From assembly GCF_902459465.1 (NCBI RefSeq), contig NC_047067.1:16554001-16618000 (forward strand): DNA of 64,000 nt, given 5' to 3'. Position 1 is the stretch's first letter; each line of letters starts with the position of its first letter. This document shows, piece after piece, positions 37,278 to 50,262 of this stretch. Below the pieces are notes generated by a model. That model was not told the origin of the DNA. It searched no databases and saw only the letters and a program-made list of their open reading frames with translations. A program made the translations under genes and the position numbers. This DNA comes from Asterias rubens. Its lineage: Eukaryota.

Positions 37278-40200
37278 CTGGAAAGGTTTTCTGCCACGTA
37301 CTCCTGTCTCGCCTAGAACCTCTACTCGTCCGTCACCGCCGACCCCAGCAGTCTGGCTTCACAAGGGGCCGTTCAACAATGGATGCAGTGCTCGCCCTTC
37401 GACTCCTGTCTGAACTGCACCGCCAGTTTCAGGGATGTGATTCTTCCGTTTTTTGACGGAAATCCGTTTTTTTCCTCCTCAAAAGTCCATCAACGTGAAT
37501 TGTGTGAATTCGTTGAGAAAATAGGGGGGTAGAATGTGATAATTAAATATTCATATCGATGTCTGTTTGCCGAAATCGTCCAAAATGTACTTAACTTGCG
37601 TTGTTTTATTATGCATTTTAACACACGTAACTTTAACGTCAGCGCGAGTGTAATGTGGTTCGCTCGACCCCGCGGCCCGGCCGAGGTTTGTGAATAATTA
37701 TATAAGGTAGTTCCTTTGCCAAAACTCGTGATTCACGCAAATGGGTGCAACCTCGTCCACAATAGCAAACCCTGGAACTCTTTCCTTGAAACCCTAAATG
37801 GACGCGGGGCGTGTGTGGTCTAATCTGAGTGGCCTTAACTGTCCTGGGGAAAAAATGTACACGATCGAGCGGGCTGAGAATGAAGTCGGGTGCCTTTTAA
37901 CGCACCCACCGTTGTAATATATCTCACCTCTGGGTACCAGCCGTCGCACACATGTTTTTTGAGCCACCGCTGATTTCTCTCATTGAATTTGTTTCCAACA
38001 TGGCCGCGCTTAAAAAGACGGTCCTGTTGTATGGAGACGCGTCCGTTCGAGAGATCGATAATGGAGTAAAGAACAAGTTTCGCTGGGAATGGCTCCAAGA
38101 GACAGTCACAATTGATGGATATCACCATAAGCTAAAAGATTGTTTTCAAAAAATAGCGACCGCTGGCAAGGTGTGTTGCAACTATTGCAACGACACCATC
38201 AACTACTCGGCGAACGGGAAACGAGCGCTCGTCTCGCATGTCAAACAAAAAACACTTAAAAGCATGGCATGTGAGGCGAGACAACATGAAGTTGGTGGTG
38301 GACTCGGGCGGCGTAATAACGACTGAAACCAGGAACGCCGTGAGAACTGTCCCACTTATAGACAGAGTTGCAAATAGCCAGGTAAGCTCCGATTTCACGT
38401 ACTTGTTGTTAACTGTGCCTATGACTGAGTATGGGCAGATGTCTTCTTCTACTTCAAAGTTCTAGTTATGATGTGATAATAATATGTTCATACTTTAAAA
38501 AATTGTTTATGTCGTTTTAATGTATCATTTTTGCCGTTTTGGGGGTATTTTTTTTAGAGAAAACAAAATTTTTGGTAGAGTGTCAAACGTTTTAGCATGA
38601 TTTATTACAACTTACTTAACTCTGGTTTTGATTTGAATAATACATGTTATTCAAATTTGAGTCAGTCAAAATGGGCTCACCGCCCCTAGGGGAACCCCTG
38701 GCCAATTTATTTTTGATAGGCGAGTACATGCGAGTAACAACTACCGATCCCTTTGCAAAGTTGTCTTGTCAGTTTGTTCCATCTTTTCAGGTCCTCAGGT
38801 GAGTATGGCTAAAAGAAATGTTCCATGCTAAATAAAACACAACAACTTCGAATTCCTCATTTCAGAATATGCATATCTCATTTAGGAATTGAAAGTATTG
38901 TAAAAGACTGTCTTGTTTCAATAGGTTGAATCATCCTTCAACACGATGGGGGATGTTATGGGAACAAAGAAGAGCCGCATGAAGGTGGAAACCTACGGAG
39001 CTGTTCAAGGAGTCAAGTACGCTTTGAGGGCAAGAGCAACAACTGCCATCCAGCTGTTCCAGAAGACTTCCCCTAATCAGCCTGTTGATAGAACAATGTG
39101 TCGAAATATAAGGAGTGCAAGTGCTATATACAGAAGGAAGCTGACACTTGCAAAAGAAGAAAAGGAAAAACAACTCAGATTAATGAAAATAAAGAAAACT
39201 CTTCTCAGTAAAAGGGCAGCAAAACAGGCCTTGGACGATAGCAGAAAGCTGGCCCGACTCAGGCACCTACAGCAGCAGAGAAAGAAGGGAAGGTTGAGGG
39301 TTCTCCAAGAATTGGCAGAAAGACTGAAAGAGAAGAAGACAAATTATAGCAAACAGAGAAATGTCTAAGCAGATCAGTGCATAATGCTTTTAAGTGTTGA
39401 TATGGTTTTGATAATAAGTTGTTATCAAAAAAATAAGTCGCATTTCCTCCAACTTTCAAGTGAGTAGTCTGCTGTGTTGTTAACTGACATGAAATAACAA
39501 ATTGGCTGGGACTCACCTTTTTGGATAATTTCAATTTTCTTTTCTGTTTTTTTCATGATTCTCCAATCACATCCCTGCAGTTTGAAAGACCTCTCCACGT
39601 TGCTTACGTCGACATCAAGGCAGCATTTGACTCTGTAGATCAGGAAGTCCTTTGGAAAGCCCTGAAAGCAACCGGAGATCCACCATTTCTTCTTCACCTG
39701 ATTCAGGACTTACATGACGGCAGCACCTCCCCCGTGCGTGTTGGCAATGACATCTCCTGCCCCTTCCTCAGCACCTCTGGTGTTCGCCGAGGCTGCGTCC
39801 TGGCCCCAGCCCTATTTTGCTGTGCCATTGACTGGGTACTAAACCGCTGTCAGGCTGACCTCGGCATATTGGCAGGAGAAACGTCCTTTACCGACCTAGC
39901 CTACACTGACGATGCCGCCCTGTTCACAAGAGAGCCCAACGAGTGGCCTACCAAGCTCCAGAAGTTCGAGGAAGAAGCTGGGACAATGGGTCTATACACA
40001 TCCTGGGCCAAAACCAAGATCCAAAACTGCACCGGCCTCGGACCACCTTCTGTTCCAGCATCTGTTGAGGGCCAGCCTGTCGGGACCACAGATAAGTTCA
40101 GATACCTGGGTGCGACATCTGCTCTGAAGGTCACTCTTCTCCCGACATCCATCGACGACTCGGGCTCGCCTCTTCAACTTTTGGCCAGTTAGATCGCGTG

Positions 40201-40712
40201 TGGCGGAACAAGCATCTCAACCTCAAAACCAAGCTGAGGGTGTACACTACATGCGTTCTCCCCATCCTACTCTATGGGTCAGAAACCTGGACACTTCTGG
40301 TAGAGGATGGCCGTAGGCTTCAAGCTTTTAACACCAGATGCCAACGGCGGATACTCGGTGTCCGTTGGTCAGACTTCGTCTCCAACGAATCAATTTTGGA
40401 AACCACCGGTCTCGAGGACATCCGTGTGTCCATCTCACGGCGACGCCACTCCCTCTTTGGCCACGTCTGTCGCCTTCCAGAAGACACTCCAGCACATGCC
40501 GCCCTCAAGCTGAGCGTCAACGCTCGAGGGGGACTACGTCCTGGCCCTGCCTGGAAGAGACCCAGAGGGCGACCACGCAACACCTGGTTGCGCCAGCTAG
40601 AAGTCGACCACCACTCACCGGCACAGCAGCTGTGGCAGTCTGCAAGCAATCGTCTGGTTTGGGCGACTCTACGTCCCCCTTGATGGTCCACAGAGAATGA
40701 TGATGATGATGA
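37278..40712 (+). mobile_element. 5'-truncated RTE LINE with (TGA)n tail, 11-bp TSD
   Basis: TGATGTCATTC at 37267-37277 and 40713-40723; QQSGF, VDIKAAFDSV, GVRRGCVLAP, AYTDD, LLYGSETW; frameshift near 40115. Confidence 0.92.
37430..39577 (+). mobile_element. Internally deleted hAT-like transposon related to 19946-24199, 6-bp TSD
   Basis: TIR CAGGGATGTGATT / AATCACATCCCTG; CAGTTT duplicated; N-terminal zinc finger (38000-38381) and VESSF-containing C-terminus (38925-39368) similar to the larger element. Confidence 0.88.
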
Positions 40713-43590
40713 TGATGTCATTCACTGAATCGTGGCTGAAGGATATTGACCGTGATGAGCATGTGGCAATAGATGGGTTTAAATTGCTACGAGGGGATAG
40801 AAACTTAAACGACACGGACAAAGCTTGTGGTGGTGGAGTTTGTCTATACGTTAATGAGAAATGGTGTCATCCAAACAATGCAGTGATCAAACGCCATGCA
40901 TGTTCTCCAAACATGAAAATTTTGACGGTCAGTTTACGCCCATATTATCTACCCCGGGAATTTTCTCATGTTGTGTGTTCAACAATATACATTCCTAACC
41001 GGTCGGTTGCCAAGCAAGGAACTGATGAATTGTGTTCAGCTATTCATGATATTGAACGAGCTAACCTAGATGCCATGGTTATCATTTATGGAGATTTTAA
41101 TCATGCCTCTTTAAAGAAAAGCAGTGTTCAGTACCACCAATATGTCGACTGCCCTACACGTGGCACAGCAACCCTGGACTTAATTTACTCCAACGTCAAA
41201 GGAGCATATACTGCCTCTCCTCTCCCTCAGCTGGGCCAAGCAGACCACAATTTAGTGTCTTTGTTACCAAAGTATCGACCATTAGTGCAACGTCAGAAAC
41301 CAAAGATCGTGTCGGTTCAACAATGGAATACAGATTCATTGAGAGAATTACAGGCATCGTTAGAGTGCACCGACTGGAATGTATTTATTGAAACTAACCC
41401 TGATTTAAATGATCTTGTAGACGCAGTTAGCAGCTACATTAACTTTTGTACATCAAATGCAATTTCCACGAAGGAGGTCAAAATCTACCCCAATAACAAA
41501 CCCTGGGTGACAAAGGAAGTTAAAGATGTGATTAACAGGAAGAAGCAGATCTACGGACAAGGTGACAAGATGTAACTTAAGAGAATTCGAAAGGAACTGA
41601 AGCGTGTCATCAAAGCAGAGAAAGTTAAATACAAGAACAAGATTGAAAAGACTGACTCAGAACAATCTGAAAAAGGTTTGGGAGGGAATGAGACTCATGA
41701 GTGGCTATTCAAATAAATCAGAAAAAATAGCCAATTACCAGACGCATCAGTTGAGTATGCTAATAAGTTGAATGAGTTTTATAACCGTTTTGATGAATAT
41801 AATTTTCATAATGAAGTTGATAACCTTCACGATGTACTTCAACAAGATTTAGATCCCTATGAGCTAAGTGTTTCTGAACAAGAAGTTTGCCGTCAGTTTA
41901 AAAAACTGAATACATCTAAGGCAGCCGGACCGGATGGAATTTCCGGAAAGGTTTTACAATCATGTTCGGGTTAGCTTTCTACAACTTTTACCTTTATTTT
42001 AAACTTGTCGTTTAGTACCTGTTCTATTCCACAACTTTGGAAATGCTCTCGTATTATTCCTATCCCTAAGCATTCTAGTGTTACATGCATGAATGATCTC
42101 CGGCCAGTGGCCTTAACAGCCATACCAATGAAAGTGTGTGAAAGACTGTTTAAGAATGTTTTGTTTGATTTTGTATCTGGCTTTCTTGACCCAATGCAGT
42201 TTGCCTATCAGGGAAATCGTAGTTGTAGTGATGCTATTTTAACAGTGTTAGATAAATTATATGCTCACTTAGAACAGGTTCACTCTAATAGTTCAGCTAG
42301 AGTGATGTTTTTTTATTTCTGTCAGCATTTAACACTTTTCAGCCTCATGTACTAATTCAAAAACTACTAAACCACTGTGATGTACCTAAGTCTCTATTGT
42401 CCTGGATTTTAAATTACTTGACAAATCGTTCTCAGTATGTTAAAATTAATGCTGCTGGCACACAATCTAGTTTGATTTATTCGAATACTGGTGCTCCACA
42501 AGGTACGGTTCTGGCTCCATTCTTATTTTCATTATATACATCAGATTGTAGGTCTTCTGAAATGTCGTGTCCTTTAATTAAATTCGCCGATGACACTGCA
42601 ATGATTGGTCTGATCAGTAAGGATGATGATCACTTGTATAAAGATCAACTTCAACGTTTTGTCAAATACTGTGATTTAAACTATCTCCAACTAAATGTTT
42701 CTAAAACTAAAGAAATGGTTATTGATTATAGGAAATCGCACCGTCAACCAGAGCCTGTGATCTTGAAAGACAGGACAGTGGAACATACAACTTGTTATAA
42801 ATATCTGGGTGTCGTATTTGACAATGAACTGTGTTGGCATGAGCATGTAGATTCCATTGTGAAAAAAATGAATTCTCGTATGTTTTGTCTTAGGAAATTA
42901 AATTCTTTTCATGTCAATCGTAAAATTTTAGCTACTTTTTACGACACTGTGGTTGCTAGTGTTTGGCCGCTTGTTGACACAGCATATGGGGATCTGCTGG
43001 CTGGCAAGCTAACAATGCTACTGAATGATGCTTACCATCCGCTTCATGATGCGCTTGCCAGCCAGTTGATCCCTAGGTCTGGTCGTACATGCGAGTGCCA
43101 TATTCTGTGACAAACCGCTACCCATCCTCCTTTATCCCTCGTGCAATAACACACCACAATCTCAATTTTAAACGTTAATTATAAATTATCGCCTAGGCTC
43201 CAGTAGTTTTCTTCTCAATTTTAAAAGTTTATTATAAATTTATCGTCCAGTCTCCGGTATTTTTTCTTATCGCTTTTTAGTGTTTTTTCTTGTAATTGTA
43301 TATAGCCATTGTCTGTTTTGTAATGTTTTAAATGTGTCAATGTTTTTACTGTATGCGAGCATTTGAATTACCCTTTTTGGGATGTAATAAAGATTATTGT
43401 ATTATTGTATTGTATTGTATTGTATACAGCCTTCTGTAGGAAACATTAATTTCTTGTGTAATCTAAAGGTAAATTAGAGATTTCCACATAACCTTCTTAT
43501 CATCACAACACTGACCCCATTGAAACCTGCACATCTAGTGTTTGGTCTGACAAACTCTAATTAATATTTGTTTACTGTTACAGAGATTGA

Positions 43591-43815
<225 letters not shown>

Positions 43816-43914
43816 TGAAAATAAATTTGTAATTGCAACATACATGTATGTTAAGTGATTTTGTTTTGCACATATATTAATATATATTGTGACAGCAGAA
43901 ACTCTGTGAATTAT

Positions 43915-44130
43915 CTGGGAAAAGCACTAAAAAGGGAATATTTTCAAAATCAGATAACGGAAAACCGTCACAAACCAAAGGAGCTATGGGAAAACGCTTA
44001 AAAGCCTCTACCCTGCTAAAACAAGTTTGAGCTCATTCAACTGTATCAATGTCAATGGGTCTGTAGTTACAAACCGCAGGCTTGTTTCGATGAGTTTAAT
44101 TGTTTTTTTTTTTGCAACAGCTGGCCACAA
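43915..44130 (+). repeat. CR1-like linker relic
   Basis: KREYFQNQITENRHKPKELW-like text. Confidence 0.4.
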
Positions 44131-44199
44131 TGTATTCGGGCATCAACAATTCTTCATCAAGTCAAACTCAATCAGTCCATCATACAGTAGGGCAAGTCC

Positions 44200-44305
44200 G
44201 GTCACCGTAGTGCGGGTTCGAATCCCGGTCTTGACAATTGTGTCCTTGAGCAAGATACTTTACTATAATTGCGTCTCTTCAACCAGGGGTATAAATGGGT
44301 ACATT
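44200..44305 (+). repeat. tRNA-derived SINE fragment
   Basis: B box GGTTCGAATCCC then TGTGTCCTTGAGCAAGATACT...GGGGTATAAATGGGTAC. Confidence 0.65.
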
Positions 44306-45258
44306 TATGTACATTGATGTCTGCTGACGACACTATAATTATGAACAGCAGACCTACCAAGTCTCACGCATTAGGCGTTAGACTCGTGCATGATAGATGT
44401 CCGTCTCACGCTCTCATTTGCAGCAACCATTTTCTCCCGCATTGGGAAAAAGATTTTAAAATGTCTAATAAAAAAATAACCAACAATTTTACCGTGAACG
44501 AAATGCCAGACTTTTTCCAACTTTTGCTTCCTCAGTAGGTTCAGCTGACAATTTGGCAATTCGGCAGAGCTCAAAATTTGGATTGCGCAACAGTTTGTCC
44601 TGATTTGTTTAGCAAATTCGTTGAATGCGCTCCACAAGAGTAGACTCGACACAACAGGCAGAAGTCATGAGCGGCGAGGATTTTGGACATAATTTTAGCT
44701 GGAAATTGAATGGGGTTTTTTTTTGGGGGGGGGGAAATATTCTGACACAATCATACATCCACATTAACCAGCAACATCTCCTGTGTCATGTTCCACACTG
44801 TCCCTGCCTAGGTCCTTATTCCATAGGTTCCGTCATAACATGCCTAGACATTCCATGACATGCCACGACATGCATTCAAGGCATTCAAGGCTTTGTGTGT
44901 ACCCCACAAAGAGGGTCAAAGGGAAATCTTGGTGCATTTCATGAAACCATTTTTTTCTTTCTTTTTTGGCGAGCTGCTTTAGCAGTATGCGAGCCTATGT
45001 AATACCGATTTTGTCCGTCCGTCCCTCCGCACTCAGTGGAAATGTTAAAGTTTTTGGTTTAAGTTTCAGTGTTTAAGTTGAGTTGTTTTTGGTATGTACA
45101 TGTACAAGCCCAAGTGAGACTGCCAGGCATTTTTGGTAATTTTCAGCTATATGTTTTCCAATAATGTTAACGTTTTTTTTAGGCTCAAATACTGACATCT
45201 GGATTTTAAAGGACCAAACTCAAACTTAAGTCTTAAAGTTTTGAAATAATTTGTTTAA

Positions 45259-45627
45259 AGGGAGGGTACACGTTTGGTATTTGTCAAAGACCCATCTTCT
45301 CACTTGGTGTATCCCATCATAACAATAAAATAACAACCCTGTGAAAATTTGGGCTCAATTGGACATCGAAGTTGCGAGAAAATGATGAAAGAAAAAAACA
45401 CACTTGTTGGACGAATTTGTGTGCTTTCATATATGAATAAAAGACTTCTAGCTAGAAGTCTATTAATATTTTAGTGAGAAATTACCTCTTAATCAAAAAC
45501 TATGTTACTTCAGAGGGAGTTGTTTCCCACAATGTTTTATATTATGAACGGCTGTCCAATGCTCGTTACCAAGTCAGTTTTTAAGTTAATATTTGTTTTG
45601 AGTAATTACCAAACGTGTATCTTCCCT
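45259..45627. mobile_element. Kolobok-like MITE
   Basis: TTAA|AGGGAGGGTACACGTTTGGTA ... TACCAAACGTGTATCTTCCCT|TTAA. Confidence 0.8.
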
Positions 45628-46606
45628 TTAAACAAAAATCAATCTCTCTGTCACTGGTTTCAATTGAATGAGCTGAAACAATGAAAAACCTTAAATTTTC
45701 ATAACTCCTTATTGCAATGATGTTCTGACTTAAAACTTAAATCAAATATTGCTTCCTACATATAGATGCATATGAAAAGATAAAACTCAAAGAGTATATC
45801 ACTGGTTCCAGTTGAATGAGCTGAAACAATAAAAACAATAAATTGTCATTACTCCTTAATGCAATGATGTTCTGACTTGAAACTTAAATCAAATATTGCT
45901 TCCTACATAAAGATGCAGATGTTAAGATGAAACTGAAAAAAGAGTGCAAGTCAGTTTTTAAGTTAATATTTGTTTTGAGTAATTACCAAACGTGTATCTT
46001 CCCTTTAAACAAAAATCAATCTCTCTGTCACTGGTTTCAGTTGAATGAGCTGAAACAATGAAAACCTTACATATATGGTCATAACTCCTTATTGCAATAA
46101 AGTATTGACTTGAAACTTAAATAAAATATTGCGTCTTACATATAGATGCTATGGAAAGAACAAACTCAAAGATTGCATCACTGGTTCCAGTTGAATGAGC
46201 TGAAACAATTAAAATCTTAAATGGACATAACTCCTTTTTGCAATGATGCACTGACTACAAAATTAAATAAAACATTGCTTCTTACATGTTAATTCGGACG
46301 GAAAGATAAAACTCAAAGAGTTTATCACTGATTCCAGTTGAATGAGCTAAAACAATGAAAACCTTAAATGGTCTTAATTCCTTATTGCAATGATGCATTG
46401 ACCTAAAAATAAGGTAAACTCATATGACAAATATAAAACTCAAAGAGTTGATCACTGGTTCCAGTTGAATGAGCTAAAACAATAATGTTCTGACTTGAAA
46501 CTTCAATCAAATATAACTTCTTGCATGTAGCTTCATACGAAAAGACGAAATTTAAAGAGTTAATCACTGGTTCAAGTCGAATGAGCTAAAACACTGAAAA
46601 CCTAAA

Positions 46607-46935
46607 AGGAACAATACAGATTCGGTAAGAAACAAAAATCGTGAAGTTCACACAGATTTACATAAAACTTACACGGTCTAATGATGACGATAGCTGGAAA
46701 CATCCCTTGAAATATTTCTGTCTGAAATGTCATATTTGATGAGAAATAAATAATCTAACTTCGCGTTTGGAGTTTATCGCTCAGTGAGCGTTTTATTCAT
46801 TTTTATTTTGGCATTGATGCAATGCAAAATTTGTAATCAGTTTTTCACTACTCTCTCTTGACCCAGATGGTGGATTACATAAAGTGCTTACACTGCCAGC
46901 AACTGTTTTGTAGGCAAAAACCAATTCTGTAATGT
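46607..46935. mobile_element. Kolobok-like MITE; inverted relative at 57985-60106
   Basis: AGGAACAATACAGA start and CCAATTCTGTAATG end; body is the reverse complement of 59860-60100. Confidence 0.65.
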
Positions 46936-47331
46936 ATGTACTTCATACTTGTCAATGTCTCCACCCCTTTGACCATCAGTTGATCAAACAATTGGTTTTT
47001 CTGTCAGTCATTGGTTCTATCTGGCGATCGCCAGCTTGCCTTGGCAGCTTCGCTGTCTAGTTTTTCTTGGTTTAGTTGAAACTATTTACTGCAAATTGCG
47101 CTTGCAGTGTCTAATGCTCGTTTAGTTCATGATGGTGCTACATGTATTTGTATGCTCACGCACAAGCCTATTATTAGTTAACCTTACGTGAGCGTGTTTC
47201 AGCCAACTAGAATACAGAACTAGCAAGTGATGTTTGGGGCCATGGAAAATACTTCCTAGAATTCCATTTTATTTTTTTAGATCAGAATGAGCTATCTTTC
47301 TGATAAACCCATAATCATTTCTATCCGTTGA

Positions 47332-47718
<387 letters not shown>

Positions 47719-48489
47719 TGAAAACACACACAATTACAATTAATTATCTCATACAATGAAAGTACATCGCTTGTCAGTAAAATGAAAGCCACTCCTAAAT
47801 ATTCCATCTCAAATCATTACTATCCCAAGTAAGGCAAATAAATGAATGCGTGGGGATCAGGAAACGGCATGACACCGGGCAAGAAGGCATACAGTAACAG
47901 GCCCCACTAATCATAATCATTAACACAAGAAAGCCCCAAACCCATTAGTCCAATCCCACCTGCCAAACCGGAGTCCACACCCACCCATGTATCCCATTTA
48001 AAGTGATATACAATAATACACGCTATTAATCTCTTTATTTCATGAAACAGACGTCCATTTGGTCGCACCAAGATACACACACAACATAACGTGCACATAA
48101 AGTTACGACCTCATGGGGGCCACCCATTACATTGACACATTGCACATAAATAAACACCTTGGAGAGTTTCCCGTCTCTGATTGGTCAAAACCCAATCACT
48201 TGTGGGATGTATTAATGGATGATAAAGGATCATCGAAGTTGCAAGATAAAAAACATCCTTTTTACACAGAGTTTAGGGGTTTCAGATACATGTACATCAA
48301 CGGAGAGGAAAGGACCAAGCTACATGTTTTAGAATGTCAATCAAGAAAGAAAAAATTGATTTGTTAGAAAGATCATGATATAGGTAAATTAATAAAGGAA
48401 CAATATATAAAACAAAAAGGAGTTAAAAAGAAAATTAAAAGCAGGTAAATTATCTTATTGGGTTTGTATAACGAACAAGTAAATCAAAC

Positions 48490-48730
48490 TGACATGTTCA
48501 GAGAGGATCAGTATTGGCTTTGGGCCAGGTTATGGCAGCTTTAACAGCCTTTTTCTGTAGAAGAATATTTGTTTTACTAATAAAATGGGAAGCATTTCCC
48601 AAGACTGAGATATCATAATTGATGAAATCCAAAGTATTGCATAAAGAGAATAAAGAGTACTGGGAAAGAACTAAGCCTAGAATACCGATATAATGCACAA
48701 TATTTGTACATAAATAATCCATGTCAAGTT
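48490..48730 (-). repeat. CR1-group LINE RT C-terminal relic
   Basis: LLQKKAVKAAI....NTDPL. Confidence 0.5.
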
Positions 48731-48800
48731 TCCAGGTACAATACTAGTAAGCTTGTTATCAATAGATAGACCACAATCAGATAAGTTTGATCAGTCATGT

Positions 48801-48995
48801 GTGGTGGCCGAGTGGTCAAGCACACTCTATCCCAAGCTCTGATGTTTCCGAGTGTGGGTTTGAGTTCTGGTCTTGACACTTCATTATTGCTTTGCCTTCA
48901 GATGGGACATTAAGCTGCTTGTCTGGTGTAATGCACCTACATGTAGATTACCCCATATACTTGGTATTAAGAGAAGGGGTTCGCCCCTGTGTTGC
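48801..48995 (+). repeat. tRNA-derived SINE, decayed
   Basis: A box GTGGCCGAGTGGTCAAG; degenerate B box; body ..GAGAAGGGGTTCGCCCC. Confidence 0.55.
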
Positions 48996-49324
48996 TTACT
49001 GAAATAGCTGAAAGCTCCAATGGATTTTGGGAGCACTTTAACTATAGTTAAAGATAAATTTTTCATGGGAAACCACTATAATACCATTTCATGTCCTTAT
49101 GTATCTGTGCAACAAATAAATGTGTAAAGTGCTACTGCAAAAAAATGACATGATCAAACACTAGCATTATGACAAGTTAAACTCGGTGCATGGTGTTGTT
49201 TTATACTAATTTGTGACTGTTTTAAATTAGGGGATGCAAAACTGCATTCATGAGTCCCAATTGTAAACTTGAAATCTTTAATTTCACTGTGTTTTTTTAA
49301 TTTATTTTTGTTTTAATGGATCAG

Positions 49325-49386
49325 GACCTAGACTGCTTCACATCTGCGGAACGCACTACTTTGGAAAACAAACTCCGAGGAAAAAG
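49325..49386 (+). CDS. NSF: NSF exon (near C-terminus)
   Basis: AG|DLDCFTSAERTTLENKLRGK-AG|GT resembles NSF [21 protein letters not shown]; phase 0 fits the previous exon; 62 nt. Confidence 0.85.
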
Positions 49387-50034
49387 GTACTTGTACATGT
49401 GTATCTGTTCTGTTCCAAACATTGTCTGTCTGTTTCATTTTTAGGCGTTCAGGTAACAGCCCGAACAACTCTTTGTTATTGTTCGTTTTGGGTTTTTTTT
49501 CTTCTTCCTCTCGCTGTCGATTGTCCGCAAGAAAAAAACATTGTTGCGAAGCTTGCATTAAGTTGAAACTTTGCACACAGATAGACAATAACTAGTAGAT
49601 GGTACTAAAGTTGTTACGTCACGATGACGTCATCAGTTGACGAGATACACTAATTCAAAGTTTATTATTTCAAACAATCATAACTTTTGATCTACATTAG
49701 GGATTTTTACAATCAATACATCATCGGAAAGGGCATTAAAAACTCTGTAAACGCTTCACAGACATGACCCCATTTTGATTTTGTCTTTTGTCTCAAAAGA
49801 GAGGTTGAAAATTTCAAAATTCACGTCTAACGAACAACGTAAATCCCCCGTTGGTATGTGCATAAACATTACACTTAGGCATACACACAACGTGTAGTGT
49901 ATTAGCTGTGCAGGAGAGTCACGCTCCAGTGATCATCCATAGAGCGCGAAAAAGCTTCATGTAGAATAGTCTTCGTTCAAGGCGTTTAACATTTTGACCT
50001 TGTCTTCTAATTCAAATCGAATTTATTTTATATT

Positions 50035-50124
50035 ATCTACGACCGTACTACGTTAACACCGGTTCCCGTTCGATCACTGAAGTTAAGCAAAATCGGGCTT
50101 GGTCAGTACTTGAATGGGAGACCA
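50035..50124 (+). pseudogene. 5S rRNA-derived sequence in HINE-B copy 2
   Basis: ATCTACGACCGTACTACG..CGATCACTGAAGTTAAGC..TCAGTACTTGAATGGGAGACC. Confidence 0.85.
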
Positions 50125-50132
50125 ATAGGAGA

Positions 50133-50262
50133 CTTTCCAACGCTAGGCGGCAGCAGACATACCGGGTAAATTTCCATTGTTTACGTAGTTCTGAACATGC
50201 GCATAATTCTGAGAACAATGGATTTACCCGGTAAGTCTGCTGCCCTCTATCGTCCCAGAAAG
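50133..50262. mobile_element. 130-bp palindromic MITE
   Basis: GCAGCAGACATACCGGGTAAAT..CCATTGTT / AACAATGG.ATTTACCCGGTAAGTCTGCTGC; absent from copy 1. Confidence 0.75.

Larger units (their letters stand above)
36880..43427 (+). mobile_element. Rex1/Babar-like LINE, near full length, interrupted by an RTE insertion
   Basis: RRRKRGKAGG..PSVIMGNVQSLRNK..NISLMSF (36963-37277) resumes as SFTESWL (40724); GDFNH, LDLIYSN, RPVALT, GAPQGTVLAP, KFADDT; AATAAA + (GTATT)n tail; 5' limit uncertain. Confidence 0.85.
44968..47065 (+). mobile_element. HINE family A copy 2 with ~148-bp satellite array and two nested MITEs
   Basis: Same termini and array as 4117-6522. Confidence 0.75.

Noticed and set aside
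44200-44305. tRNA gene (also 48801-48880)
   Set aside because: Only A/B-box remnants followed by SINE body; no cloverleaf can be folded
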